From Escherichia coli (lineage in GTDB: Bacteria; Pseudomonadota; Gammaproteobacteria; Enterobacterales; Enterobacteriaceae): DNA of 64,000 bases. Position numbers and translations under genes: made by a program. The stretch lies in the NCBI RefSeq assembly GCF_029227855.1, contig NZ_CP074356.1, one strand, 5' to 3'. This document shows, in pieces, positions 10,144-20,812 of this stretch (the stretch's first letter is position 1; every line of letters starts with the position of its first letter). The notes beneath the pieces are model-generated. The model worked only from the letters and a program-made list of their open reading frames with translations. It searched no databases and was not told the DNA's origin.

Positions 10144-11263
10144 CTCCCCGCAAGGACTGACGCCAGATAGTTTCTGTCCATGGCTGCTTTTCGCATCTTA
10201 CGTCTTAACCCTGCCTTGAATACCTTATCATTCGTCAAAATATTAATAGCGATGTGCCGTATCCCTGAAAATAATTCTGCTGCATTTCCTCTTCTTATTT
10301 TGCAGTCGTCTTCATTCATTACCACGTCCAGACGCCAGTGCAGCTTATTCTCCACGTGCCAGTGGTTTCGGATTGCTGTGGCGAACTTCTCTGCGGTTAA
10401 ATCAGCAGAACTAATATAATATCTGACCGCCATTTCTGGCTCTTTCTTTTGTTCTGCTATTATTGACCGAAAGGAGACTGCCACGCATAATTTCTTCAGA
10501 CCTTTCCATTCAAACGTGAAATCAATAAGTTCATCAGGGACATCGCAAACAATGTGAAGACGGATTTCTTCTCTGCCGTGACTCTTTTCACTCATTGCGT
10601 AACTGTCATGCTCTGGATTATTTAATTCTTTCAGCGGAAATTCTCGAAGGCTTTATTTAGCCGCCCCTGGTTTCCTTTTACAGCGAATAAATAATCACCT
10701 CCCTGTTTTTGTATCTTCTCTGCAATATCTTTCTGGCAACCCATCGCATCAGTTGTGATGATTTTTCCTTTAATATCCAGCATGTTAAGAAGTTCTGGGA
10801 TAGCTGTAATTTCATTGGATTTCTCATCCGTCCTGATCTGTCCGATGACCAGACTGTGCATTGTTGAGAACGCACTAATGACATGAATCGCTCCCTTGCG
10901 GCGACTCTTGTCATAAGAATGCCGGAGTGTTTTTCCATCAATTGCGATGACGTCTTTATCATCTGAAGTATGGCAATCTCGCATCCAGTTAATAAAGCAC
11001 TCGTGAAATTTTGCAGGACTGATACAGGATACAACTCTGGCGATGGTATCGTGAACAGGAATACCATTTTAAAAATCACCGTATTGTTTTAAAAAATCGA
11101 GATGTGTTTCCCCAAAATCCTCTATATCTTCCCAACCTTCCGCACCCGAAATAACAGCACAAATAGTCAACAGTAGAATATCCGATAATTTATGTTCCAC
11201 TTTCCAGGCTTGTCTGTAATCGGGGATAATAGAAATATGCCCCATCAATTTTTTAAGTTCTAT
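10131..11263 (-). pseudogene. ISAs1-family (H-repeat associated) transposase, decayed
   Basis: Three collinear pieces of an H-rpt protein: start codon is ATA not ATG (11261..11263), in-frame TAA after ..KQYGDF, and a roughly 4-nt deletion frameshift between 10595 and 10631. Confidence 0.8.
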
Positions 11264-11435
11264 TTTGTTCTCCTTAATTATGTAAGGAGTATTTGATCAT
11301 GTATAAGCAATAAAAAACAGCTTTAGGTAATGAGGAATATCTCAATTTTTAAGCATAAAATGCGAATTATTTAGTACAAAAAAGCAGCGTTACGTGATCT
11401 TTCCCTGCACTTCACCCTAACTTTAATTTAACTTC

Positions 11436-11475
11436 AAGAAGTATTAAGGCCTCAATAGCGAACTTAATACTTCTT
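11436..11475 (-). terminator. perfect 13-bp inverted repeat just past the Rhs immunity gene
   Basis: AAGAAGTATTAAG / CTTAATACTTCTT with 14-nt loop, directly 3' of the minus-strand operon end. Confidence 0.45.
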
Positions 11476-11483
11476 AAAGAATA

Positions 11484-11861
11484 TCACTCCTGACCAAAAT
11501 CTTTCCACACTAATGCATGAGACTTTGATTTATCACCCAAAAATTTACTTACATCTTTCCAAAGTAAAGAATTGCTATCGGTCGCAGTGACTATTGCCTC
11601 TATAAGCCCTGTAGCTACAACTGTGGCCAATTCATCATCAATCGAGACCATACCATCTTCGACATGTTTAAATATTTTTTCTCTTTCAATATCACCCATT
11701 TCATAAAAATTTTTTACAATCGTTTTTCCAATCTGAGAGAACAACATAACCACCGGTGGAGTTTCTGGATGCCAGTATTCATTAGCTAATGAGACTGTCT
11801 CAGACAAAACAGTGGAAAACGATGCCATTTTTTCTATATAATTAGCAATATATTGGTTCAT
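11484..11861 (-). CDS. putative immunity protein for the Rhs C-terminal toxin
   Basis: 125-aa acidic ORF whose ATG overlaps the Rhs stop (TAATG); AT-rich; no TM helix or signal peptide. Confidence 0.6.
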   Translation of the reverse strand: MNQYIANYIEKMASFSTVLSETVSLANEYWHPETPPVVMLFSQIGKTIVKNFYEMGDIEREKIFKHVEDGMVSIDDELATVVATGLIEAIVTATDSNSLLWKDVSKFLGDKSKSHALVWKDFGQE

Positions 11862-14800
11862 TACTTGCCTCCCAAAGCATTCTGTAAATCCTGAAGAACG
11901 TTTTCTGCTGCTGCTCGATCCCCTGGAGATGCTGTTGGATTCTTATCCAACCAATCCTGTAAAGCCCTTGTATAATCCTGTGCTTTCAATACATGTCCTC
12001 TACCACCAACTTTTTCACCTGTGGCCAATTCATAACGAACAGCATCTGCTGTGCTTCCACTTCCTACTTTTGCATTTGGCCGATAAAGATCGTCTATAAT
12101 ATTTTTCAAATTTGAATCTGTAACGTCAGGTTTTCCCATCTTCTGTCGCAATTCATCTTTATACCGTTCATGCTGCATACGATCTCTTGCGCTATTCTCA
12201 TCTTCTGGTCCCCATCCTCCCGGGCTTCCCGTACTGCCACCACCCAGGCAGTTCTTCTCTTCCTCCGTCAAATCCTTCCCGACATTTGGATTCTCTTTTG
12301 ATGAATCATCATTTCCAAACACGCTGGAAAAAGCACCATAGGGATCTCGCCAGAATTCCATTTGACTTTGTGCATTTAATAATTCGGCTTCACCCTGCAT
12401 CTCCATACTTTTCTCAATCGCGTCCCCAACAGCCTCGCGATTGTTGTATATTATTATACCACCACCAATAACCACCGTACCGACTGCCGCACCGACTAAC
12501 ATCCCCGGAGGGCCTCCTACCGAACCGATCTCTGTACCTACTTCAGAACCAGTTCCCATGGCAGTTAATGCTCCTGCGCCCAACGCCGCACTTAATCCCA
12601 GCGGATCCAGCCGTTGCACCGGGTTCAGTGGATACGCATACAGGTTCCATCCCCCCTTCAGCCCAATCGGATCCTGGGTGATATACCTCCCCTGTAGCGG
12701 GTCATAGTACCGGTGACGGTTGTAGTACAGCCCCGACTCCTCATCATACTGCTGCCCCGGCAGACGGAGTGACTGTTGAAGGTGCTGCGTGCTTTCCTCT
12801 CCCAGCAGGTTTCCCCACTCGTCATACTCCCCGCGCCACGCCGTTTCCCCTTCCGGGCTGATAAGCGCCTGCGGCAGCCCACGGTGGTCACAGTGGTAAA
12901 GATGAAGTTTCCTCTCCGGGATGTATTCCGCCTCCAGTTGCGCCGCCATCTGTTCCGCCGTCAACCCACACTGTGCAAGCCACTGCTGGCTTTCTTCACT
13001 CACGCTGCCCTGCCGCAGTTCCCGCTCCAGCCTCCCCAGCATCACCGCCAGCTCCGCCGGTAGCGTCACACCCGTGTCCTCCTGCAACACCTCCGCCAGG
13101 CTACGGTGCCGCGCCTTCGCCTGTTCGCCATTCTCTGTTTCGATTCTCAGGAGCGGCGTGAAGCTCCCCGGCTGGTATACCGTCTGGATACGCGTGGTGT
13201 CGGTCTGTACCGTCGTCAGCCTGTCGCCGTCCCACCCGTACCAGGTCACCTCCGGTTTACGCGACAGCGACATCCACCCCGTCAGGTCACGCTCCCGCCG
13301 CCACACCCGTTTTCCCGTCCGGCGGCCCAGCGGGTCATAGAGGTAGCGGCTCTCCACCTGTGGCTCGCCGTGCTGTATCCGCGTGTAGAACACCAGGCGG
13401 TGCTGGCTGTCGTAATGGTAGTGGTGCGTCCGCTCGTCGTGCATCCGTATCACCCCTTCCGGGATACGGTCCGTCTTCTCCGCCAGCCTGCCGTATTCAT
13501 CGTAGCGGTAGACATAGTGCGCATCTTCCGTGATGCGGTTATCCGGCCACGCCGTGAGGGTGCTGTCCGGGTGCAGTTCCGGGTCCGGCAGCCGGTTTCC
13601 TGCCGGGTCCGTCGCATACGGGATATCAATGTCCAGGTTCGCTGCCGTGGTGTGGACGCCCGTCAGCCTTCCCGTGTCGCTGTAACGGTACTCCCGGCTC
13701 TCCTGCGGGCCGCTGATGCGAATTAGCTGTCCGTTGTCGTTCCAGTCGTAGTCACGGTCAAGCTGCGGAAGGTTCAGGTGCCTGCTCCGGAGCTGGCCGC
13801 TGGTATTCCAGGCGGTGGCAAGCTCATATGCCTCCCCGCCGAAGCTGCGGGCCGTCTCACGGTGCAGCCGGTCCCGCGTGTACTCGACCAGTGGCGTACC
13901 ACCCAGCTTCATTCCCGCAAGATAACCGCTGCCATACGTCAGCCACTCCACCGGCGGCAGACCGTCCAGCTCCTGACGGGTCGCCAGCCCCTGTTCGCTG
14001 TACGCGTGCTTCGTCTCATGCTCCCACAGCATCTCCCCCGTCTCCGGGTTCTCCACCGTCTGCCGTTCGCCCGTCAGGCGGCCTTTATCGTCGTGGCCGT
14101 AGTGGACCGCCACACGGTGGCCTTCGCTGATATGGCTGATTTCTGTCAGCCAGCCGTGCTCATCATACTGCCACTGCTCCGCCGGGTCGCCGTTCACCGT
14201 CCGGTGCGTGATGCGGTCCGACGCATCGTAATGCCAGAGGGTGATAAGTCCCTCGTCTTCACTGTGGACAAGCTGCCCTGTGGCGCTGTACCGGTAACGC
14301 TGCGTCCTGCCGTCAAAGCCGCGCTGCTCCGTCAGCCTGTCCACCGGGTCATACCGGAACGTGGACTGGCTGCCGTTCTCGTTGGTCAGCACGGTGATGC
14401 GCCCGGCAGCGTCATACCCCATGCTGCGCGTCAGACCGCCTTCCGTCACACTCACCGGACGCCCGCGTTTATCATATTCGATGGTGCTGCGTTTACCGTC
14501 CGGTGATATCGTTGCTGTCAGGTCGCCTGCGGCGCTGTACTCATAACGGGTTTCACGCCCCTGCGCATCCTTCTGACTGACCAGTTGGCCTCGCGGGTTA
14601 TAACTGCTGTAAGTGCTGATGCCTTCCTCCCGGTGAACGGCGATTTGTTGACCGTACCGGTCATACTCATACCGCGTCATGTACCCCGAGCAGTCCGTGA
14701 AGGCCCGAAGCTGACCGTACCGGTTTCGCGTTATTCTCCGCGTCACCCCGATTCCGTCTTCCACCGCGCCGGGCAGGCTACTGCGGGGGGAGTCATAAAA

Positions 14801-16360
14801 CCAGCGCGTAATGTTACCGTTGCGCGAGATCTCTTCTGCCAGTCGGCCCTGACGGTCATATTTCCGGCTGCTGCGTAAACCATCCGGATATGTCACTGAA
14901 GTCAGTTGCAACTGGCTGTTGTAACCATACCGTACCGTCCTGCCGTCCGGCAGTATCACTGAAGTCAGCTTTCCAGACGCCATATGCAGCCGGTACTCCG
15001 TCCGCCGTCCTGCCGCATCCGTCTGCGCCTTCAGCCTCCCCGCCTCATCATACTCGCTGCGGGTGATGCTCCCGTCGGCATGCTCCTTCTTCACCACACG
15101 CTTCAGGCCACCCCCGCCTTCCGTGTACAGCACCTCCCGCCGGTTCAGGCTGTCCGTGATGGTCACACGGTCCTGCCCGTACTCAAAGCGGTAGTCCAGC
15201 CCCTCCGGGTTGACCTGCTCCGTCACCCGCCCGGTATCATCATACCGGTAGCGGCTCTCCGGCCTCCCTGCATAATGGTGCGCCACCATCCGCCCGGCGT
15301 GCTCCGCATCATAAGTAAACCCGCGCACCTGCGTCCCGCTGCGGTCATACACCGCCCGCAGTTCTCCGCTGGCCGTGTACGTATAGCGCGCCAGCGGCGC
15401 AGTCGGCTGTTCATCCGGGTATGCCGGGTCGTGTGTCAGCCACACCGCCTCCAGCCGGATACCGTTATCGGCACCGTATTCTGTACCGGCGGGCAGCGTA
15501 TCGGGGAAAACCTGAGAAGAGGAAACAGAACGGGGACCGGCTGGAGAAGATAAAGAAGAGGCGCGCTGTTTACGGAAGGCTTCCGCCCGCTGCGCCTGCG
15601 TGCTCAGCGCCAGGTGAAAACAGCGGCCCGCGCCGTCCGTCACCCCCGTCACCGCACCCGCCACGTCACCCTCTGCCGCCCGGTGGAAGGCCAGCGTCCG
15701 CCCGAAGCCGTCCACCACGCCCGTCAGCACCCGGTATGCGGGCGGCTCCGGCGGCAGCACCTCGTCCGCCCCCGGCACCCGCTCCGGCCAGCCGAGCACC
15801 AGCCACTGCCCGGTTGTGCTGGCAGCCATCATATAGATGTGTGGACTCAGACGGACCGCTTCCGGCAACGCCCGCCAGAGCCGCGCAAGCGGGTGGCCTT
15901 TGTGCTGTTTCAGCACCCCGCACCGCGCCAGCCAGAACGACTCGCTGCGGCTGTAGCTTATCTCGCCGGGAAACAGGGGTTCAAAGTGAATGCTCCTGCC
16001 GCCGCTGTCGTTGAGTATCAGGCCTTCATCGCGTATCTGTAAGCGGATATCGAAGGGGGCTTTCCAGCCGGGACCAAACACCCCCACCGGCGCGGGCGTC
16101 CTGGTCCGGTAGCTGCTGTAGGCGCGGAAAAGAACAAACGGCAGCGGGCCGGACAGTGCCAGGTCGGTTTCAGCAGGCAGCACCTTCGCTCCCAGCAGCG
16201 GGTTTACCGGATTGCCATATTTCGGCGTGGCTTCCCCTGTGGGACACACCGAGCAGGCCACACCGGTTGGCGCACCTATCAGCACCCCTGCTGAACCCTG
16301 CACAATATCCAGTCCCTTGCGGGTCATGTCACCCTGCCGCGCCGCCGGTTTTCCACCCAT
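11861..16360 (-). CDS. PAAR domain-containing Rhs family polymorphic toxin (T6SS effector)
   Basis: 1499 aa: N-terminal PAAR-like region, long YD/RHS repeat core, hallmark [10 protein letters not shown] (DPLGL at 12593..12607), then a 243-aa C-terminal domain (11864..12592). Confidence 0.9.
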   Translation of the reverse strand: MGGKPAARQGDMTRKGLDIVQGSAGVLIGAPTGVACSVCPTGEATPKYGNPVNPLLGAKVLPAETDLALSGPLPFVLFRAYSSYRTRTPAPVGVFGPGWKAPFDIRLQIRDEGLILNDSGGRSIHFEPLFPGEISYSRSESFWLARCGVLKQHKGHPLARLWRALPEAVRLSPHIYMMAASTTGQWLVLGWPERVPGADEVLPPEPPAYRVLTGVVDGFGRTLAFHRAAEGDVAGAVTGVTDGAGRCFHLALSTQAQRAEAFRKQRASSLSSPAGPRSVSSSQVFPDTLPAGTEYGADNGIRLEAVWLTHDPAYPDEQPTAPLARYTYTASGELRAVYDRSGTQVRGFTYDAEHAGRMVAHHYAGRPESRYRYDDTGRVTEQVNPEGLDYRFEYGQDRVTITDSLNRREVLYTEGGGGLKRVVKKEHADGSITRSEYDEAGRLKAQTDAAGRRTEYRLHMASGKLTSVILPDGRTVRYGYNSQLQLTSVTYPDGLRSSRKYDRQGRLAEEISRNGNITRWFYDSPRSSLPGAVEDGIGVTRRITRNRYGQLRAFTDCSGYMTRYEYDRYGQQIAVHREEGISTYSSYNPRGQLVSQKDAQGRETRYEYSAAGDLTATISPDGKRSTIEYDKRGRPVSVTEGGLTRSMGYDAAGRITVLTNENGSQSTFRYDPVDRLTEQRGFDGRTQRYRYSATGQLVHSEDEGLITLWHYDASDRITHRTVNGDPAEQWQYDEHGWLTEISHISEGHRVAVHYGHDDKGRLTGERQTVENPETGEMLWEHETKHAYSEQGLATRQELDGLPPVEWLTYGSGYLAGMKLGGTPLVEYTRDRLHRETARSFGGEAYELATAWNTSGQLRSRHLNLPQLDRDYDWNDNGQLIRISGPQESREYRYSDTGRLTGVHTTAANLDIDIPYATDPAGNRLPDPELHPDSTLTAWPDNRITEDAHYVYRYDEYGRLAEKTDRIPEGVIRMHDERTHHYHYDSQHRLVFYTRIQHGEPQVESRYLYDPLGRRTGKRVWRRERDLTGWMSLSRKPEVTWYGWDGDRLTTVQTDTTRIQTVYQPGSFTPLLRIETENGEQAKARHRSLAEVLQEDTGVTLPAELAVMLGRLERELRQGSVSEESQQWLAQCGLTAEQMAAQLEAEYIPERKLHLYHCDHRGLPQALISPEGETAWRGEYDEWGNLLGEESTQHLQQSLRLPGQQYDEESGLYYNRHRYYDPLQGRYITQDPIGLKGGWNLYAYPLNPVQRLDPLGLSAALGAGALTAMGTGSEVGTEIGSVGGPPGMLVGAAVGTVVIGGGIIIYNNREAVGDAIEKSMEMQGEAELLNAQSQMEFWRDPYGAFSSVFGNDDSSKENPNVGKDLTEEEKNCLGGGSTGSPGGWGPEDENSARDRMQHERYKDELRQKMGKPDVTDSNLKNIIDDLYRPNAKVGSGSTADAVRYELATGEKVGGRGHVLKAQDYTRALQDWLDKNPTASPGDRAAAENVLQDLQNALGGK

Positions 16361-16435
16361 GAATCAATTCCTTCTGCTTTTAATATGGTTTATCTGGTCA
16401 CTGCACCAGTTCCGTTTTAATTTTTTGCACCTGAC

Positions 16436-18577
16436 TCAAAATTGCCGCATATCCGGCATTCCGGGGGGTAAATCTTTCGGCACAGGCGCATCCGGTACAG
16501 GTTGTGTGGCACCACAGTTCCAGTTAATCACCGGCGCATCACCGTTCACATCCGACTCTCCTTCCAGATGAATGTGCGTACCATTGAGAAATATGCTTCC
16601 GTCCTTCGTCAGCACCAACCTTGCCTTACCGCAGCAGAGTTCCAGATGCTCACCGGCAGAATAAACTGCTGTTTGTCCGGTGTTTTCCTTCATCGTCTTG
16701 CCCACCGAGAAGGTGACGTTATTCCCTACATTGACGCTGTAGCCCATTCCCACCATCAGTGATTTATGCAGCCCTACCTGTGAGGACTGCAACAACGCCA
16801 CCGAGGTATTCATGATGCCGCCTACCGTCGTCTGGTAAGCCACGCCCACCGTCAGCGCACGAATGATCCCCACCTTTTCAACCTGGTTTGAACCCACTTT
16901 GACAATCTGGTTGCTGCCTACCGTTTCCACCTGGTTGACACCAACCGTCTGTATCTGATTAACGCCAATGTTCTGGATCTGGTTATTGGTAACGGTGATC
17001 GCCTGGTTGTTACCTATTTTTTCGGCATGGTTGTTTATCACATCAGTGGTACGGTTATTCAGCACCTCGGTGTTCATGTTCTTCTGCGCGTGGATGTAGA
17101 CCTGTTCTTTCCCTGTCGCATCGTCAAACTTCAGTTCATTAAACCCGCTGCCCTTATAGGTTTTTGAACGAATGGTCATCTGCGTCTTTGTTCCCGGCAG
17201 GCTGCCGGGGGTGCGGTTTTCCTGGTGGTAGGTGCGCCCCATAATAATCGGCTGGTCCGGATCGCCGTTGAGGAAGTCCACAATGACTTCCTGACCCACA
17301 CGCGGTATCGCCAGGTTGCCAAAGCCGGTGCCTGCCCACGCCTGTGCCACACGGATCCAGCATGAACTGTCCTGGTTTGACGGGTTATAGCGGTCCCAGT
17401 TAAATTTCACCCGCACGCGGCCATGTTCATCACAGAAGATTTCTTCTCCTGCCGGTCCCGTCACGACGGCGCTCTGCGGGCCGTCCACCAGCGGTTTCAG
17501 CAACGGCTGTGGCCGCCATGTTCTGTCTGCCGGTATTACCGCAAAGTGGTTATTCAGCGTGGTACCTGAACCCCTGCGTCCCGGCACCGCCTGCGGCTGC
17601 TCGCCGTGCAGTTCACTTGCCACCACCTGCCATTCCCGGTTCAGGTTCGCCTGCGGATGCCCCGTCAGCGCAATTCGCCGTCCCGGCCATATCTCCGGCG
17701 AACGGCTTGTTCCGCGCGCCACTTCTGCGTTGTTTCGCCAGCCATCCATCTGCCAGCAGGCAAAGTTCTGCCCGTGGGCACCCTTGAAACGTCCGGGGTA
17801 GTCATACACTTCATACTGTGTGCGCTGGTAATCCTGGTGCTGGCCTTCCTGATCAAAACGCCCTGCCCAGCCGGGTCGTTTAAAGGTGTAGTCTTTGGTC
17901 ACCACGGAAGATGGGCGGATTTGTGCGCTGTAGAGGAACTGGCTGATGCATAGGGTGCTCACCTCGGTACGGGTGTTCGGATTCCAGGGGATCTCAAAGG
18001 ACTCCGGCAGATAACGCACGGTGTCGCACAGGACCAGGCTCTGGTCGGTACTTTTTTGCGCGTGCTCCTCATAAAAGAAGATGCCTTCCTCCGCCGCCAT
18101 CCGGCACAGGAAATCGTAATCGGTTTCGCCGTACTGGACACAAAACTCACGGGAAGGATGCGGCTCGCTGAACAGCGGACTCCACTCGGTCACCCCGTTT
18201 TCTTTCAGGATCGTCGCGAGTATGCTTTCGATGTCCTCATTCTGGAAGATACGGAAGTTCTGGCGCAGCCCTGTGCGCCACAGCGGTGGGCACACCTTCA
18301 TGCTGTACAGCATCTGGTTTTTGTCGTTCTCCCCCAGTTCAAACCAGGTCACCACACCTTTCACCCGGCGCTGTACGTCATCGCCCTGCCATACCGTCAG
18401 GTAGGCCATTTTGTCCAGCACCTGCGCAAATTCAAGGGAGAGAAACTGCTGGCTGACCAGAGAGAGATCGAGGGAAAAGAGCGAAGAGAGTGACTGGTTC
18501 AGATGAAAGGAGACCACCGCAAACGCGTCCGGTGGCAGGCCGTCCACTTCCAGCGTGAAACGTAATCCGGTTGACAT
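16436..18577 (-). CDS. vgrG: T6SS spike protein VgrG (TssI)
   Basis: 713 aa; typical VgrG N-terminus MSTGLRFTLEVDGLP, gp27/gp5-like regions with repeated VGxNQ motifs, C-terminal extension. Confidence 0.9.
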   Translation of the reverse strand: MSTGLRFTLEVDGLPPDAFAVVSFHLNQSLSSLFSLDLSLVSQQFLSLEFAQVLDKMAYLTVWQGDDVQRRVKGVVTWFELGENDKNQMLYSMKVCPPLWRTGLRQNFRIFQNEDIESILATILKENGVTEWSPLFSEPHPSREFCVQYGETDYDFLCRMAAEEGIFFYEEHAQKSTDQSLVLCDTVRYLPESFEIPWNPNTRTEVSTLCISQFLYSAQIRPSSVVTKDYTFKRPGWAGRFDQEGQHQDYQRTQYEVYDYPGRFKGAHGQNFACWQMDGWRNNAEVARGTSRSPEIWPGRRIALTGHPQANLNREWQVVASELHGEQPQAVPGRRGSGTTLNNHFAVIPADRTWRPQPLLKPLVDGPQSAVVTGPAGEEIFCDEHGRVRVKFNWDRYNPSNQDSSCWIRVAQAWAGTGFGNLAIPRVGQEVIVDFLNGDPDQPIIMGRTYHQENRTPGSLPGTKTQMTIRSKTYKGSGFNELKFDDATGKEQVYIHAQKNMNTEVLNNRTTDVINNHAEKIGNNQAITVTNNQIQNIGVNQIQTVGVNQVETVGSNQIVKVGSNQVEKVGIIRALTVGVAYQTTVGGIMNTSVALLQSSQVGLHKSLMVGMGYSVNVGNNVTFSVGKTMKENTGQTAVYSAGEHLELCCGKARLVLTKDGSIFLNGTHIHLEGESDVNGDAPVINWNCGATQPVPDAPVPKDLPPGMPDMRQF

Positions 18578-18743
18578 AGCAACCTCCGGGTTTAAGGAAA
18601 AACAGACAGTTCGCTGTTAAAGCGGCTGTAACAGTACAGTGTTACGCTTGCGTTCAGGCACGCTACCGCCGAAGTTTCCGGCATCCGCCATCTCCCGTGA
18701 ACGTAACCCCTTACTGACAACCTTTCTTTTTACGGCGTAATAC

Positions 18744-18771
18744 AAAAACAGCATCCGGCCTAATAGCCGGA
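18744..18771 (-). other. stem-loop between hcp and vgrG (possible partial terminator)
   Basis: CAGCATCCGGC / GCCGGATGCTG inverted repeat immediately 3' of the hcp stop, followed by a T-rich run on the transcribed strand. Confidence 0.4.
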
Positions 18772-18786
18772 TGCTGTTGGCTTAAC

Positions 18787-19305
18787 TTATGCTTCCAGCG
18801 GTGCGCGCCAGTCGTCGGCACCGGAGGTGCCAGACTTGACGTGTTCCCACTCTATTTTGCGGTAGGCCAGTGAAACTTCGAGCAACTGGGTGAACTCGCG
18901 TTTCGCCGGATCCTGGCAATGCGGCATATGCAGTTTCATATCGACAATCGTCGAATCGGTCAGGCGGGTGGTGAAATAATGCTCCTGTTTGCCTTCCACA
19001 GAGGTACGCCACCAGTGAAGTTCAGTGGTTGGCAGCATTTCGCCGGAGGCCAGTGCGTTGTACATCAGCGGAACAGCTTTGTTCAGCGCCACGGTAAAAA
19101 TGAACGGCTTGTGAGCACGCTGACCCGCAGGCTGGCCGGACTGAGGATCGGTCGGGACAGTAACGTTATGCAGGAATTCCTGCACCAGCATCTCGTCTTC
19201 GTGCCCCTGCACATAGATGTTGCCGACAGAATCAGCGGTAAATGCACCTGCAGTAATATTTCCCTGGGTCTGACCAGTGATGGAGATATAACACGGTGTT
19301 GGCAT
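18787..19305 (-). CDS. hcp: T6SS tube protein Hcp (TssD)
   Basis: 172 aa MPTPCYISITGQTQG...; close match to V. cholerae-type Hcp as I recall it. Confidence 0.95.
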   Translation of the reverse strand: MPTPCYISITGQTQGNITAGAFTADSVGNIYVQGHEDEMLVQEFLHNVTVPTDPQSGQPAGQRAHKPFIFTVALNKAVPLMYNALASGEMLPTTELHWWRTSVEGKQEHYFTTRLTDSTIVDMKLHMPHCQDPAKREFTQLLEVSLAYRKIEWEHVKSGTSGADDWRAPLEA

Positions 19306-19603
19306 TTGTAAACTCCTTGTTAACGTGGTTAATTACTACTTACAATGACCTGCCGTTAATCCCAGACAGGCAGATGCAGCTCACTTCACGGAACCGCATC
19401 ATTTTTCAGTATTTTTTACATACAAACCGAGCTAGAATTTACGGTTGTCGTAAAAACTATTTTTAAAATCATTAAATCTCTTATTCAGCAATAAGTTAAT
19501 AATATATATCTGGATAACCACACCCAACTATTCAAAGTCCGTATTGCCTCCATAAAATGGCCAAAGCTGAATCATGAATAAATATTGTATTTATCCTTTC
19601 TGA

Positions 19604-19620
19604 ATTATCATTTTGATAAT
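19604..19620. promoter_or_regulatory. Fur-box-like inverted hexamers in the hcp/tssB divergent region
   Basis: ATTATCATTTTGATAAT (ATTATC ... GATAAT) inside a roughly 700-bp AT-rich intergenic region. Confidence 0.3.
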
Positions 19621-20001
19621 TTTTGAGATATTCCTTAAAAATACCCACTTAATCAATCACAAAACAAATATATAAACAAGCAATCATCAGATTAGCTTAT
19701 GTTTAATGAAATTATTTTATAATTCAATAAGTTACACAAAGTCTCTGTATTTAAATTATTGCCATAATACACCTGACGCGAATTGCACAGGTTCACACAA
19801 TCTATTTAACGCTTGCAGAATACCCCTCTTTACGATCGATAAAAAGTCCTTTTCTTATTTATTTTGAAGCGTAGAATGCGGGGTGATGAAGGAGTGGTGA
19901 TTTTATTTTCACCGCCATTATGGCGGCATTGCCGATATTTTTTTGCGGTACAAATATGCCGTGTTCATGGCCTGTACGAGATAACATGACGGATCACTTT
20001 T

Positions 20002-20502
20002 ATGAGCAAAAAATTTGAAGGCAGCGTCGCGCCTCGCGAGCGTATTAATATATCGTATGTCCCAAAAACAGATGGCCAGACGGCTGAAGTTGAACTTCCG
20101 CTTAACATGCTCGTTGTCGGCGATACCGGAAATACGCAGGAAACATCCCCACTGGATGAACGTCAGGCAGTTTCCGTTAACAAGCACAATTTCGGTGCAG
20201 TGATGGCTGAAGCAGCCATTGGCCTCAATTTTACTGTCCCCGCCACGCTGAAGGGAAGCACAACAGACGATGAACTGAATGTGGCGCTGAATATCAAATC
20301 ACTGGATGATTTTTCACCAGATAGCGTGGCCCGGCAGGTTCCGGAAGTGAATAAATTGCTGGAACTGCGTGAAGCACTGACTGCACTGAAGGGGCCGATG
20401 GGTAACCTTCCGGCATTCCGTACCCAGCTCCAGGCATTGCTGGAAAATGAAGAGTCCCGCGAGCAGTTGCTCAAAGAAATCGGCCAGGTGAGCAATAAAT
20501 AA
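20002..20502 (+). CDS. tssB: T6SS contractile sheath small subunit TssB (VipA)
   Basis: 166 aa MSKKFEGSVAPRERINISYV... Confidence 0.95.
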   Translation: MSKKFEGSVAPRERINISYVPKTDGQTAEVELPLNMLVVGDTGNTQETSPLDERQAVSVNKHNFGAVMAEAAIGLNFTVPATLKGSTTDDELNVALNIKSLDDFSPDSVARQVPEVNKLLELREALTALKGPMGNLPAFRTQLQALLENEESREQLLKEIGQVSNK

Positions 20503-20537
20503 CCACCACTATTTCATTAAACAGGGGTTATCCAGGC

Positions 20538-20762
20538 ATGACGGCACACAAAAATATCTCCGGGACATACCACCTCTCTGTTGCAGACATTCTGCAGGTG
20601 GTTTACCAGGTATGTTTCAGCCCGTCCGTTGAAATCAACCAGGATGGTGTGGCTGCGCTGATTACAACACTGGATCGCCGTATCAGTGATCTATTGGATG
20701 AGATTATCCATTTTTGTGAGTTTCAGCAGAGCGCGTCGCACTGGCAGCGCGTACTTCACTGA
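20538..20762 (+). pseudogene. relic of a tssC 5' segment
   Basis: 74-aa ORF; its C-terminal half (LDRRISDLLDEIIHFCEFQQSASHWQ) parallels TssC residues about 70-100 (IDERISRQMDVIIHAPAFQQVESFWR). Confidence 0.5.
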
Positions 20763-20812
20763 TGGCGAAAAGCCGGTTTCAGAAACACAGCTAAAACAGA
20801 AGGATTTTCAGT

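Noticed and set aside
12187-16042. Many long plus-strand ORFs (up to 242 aa) inside the Rhs gene region
   Set aside because: They are antisense to a GC-rich repeat-containing gene, have proline/arginine/alanine-rich low-complexity translations and no RBS or gene-like features; typical open antisense frames.
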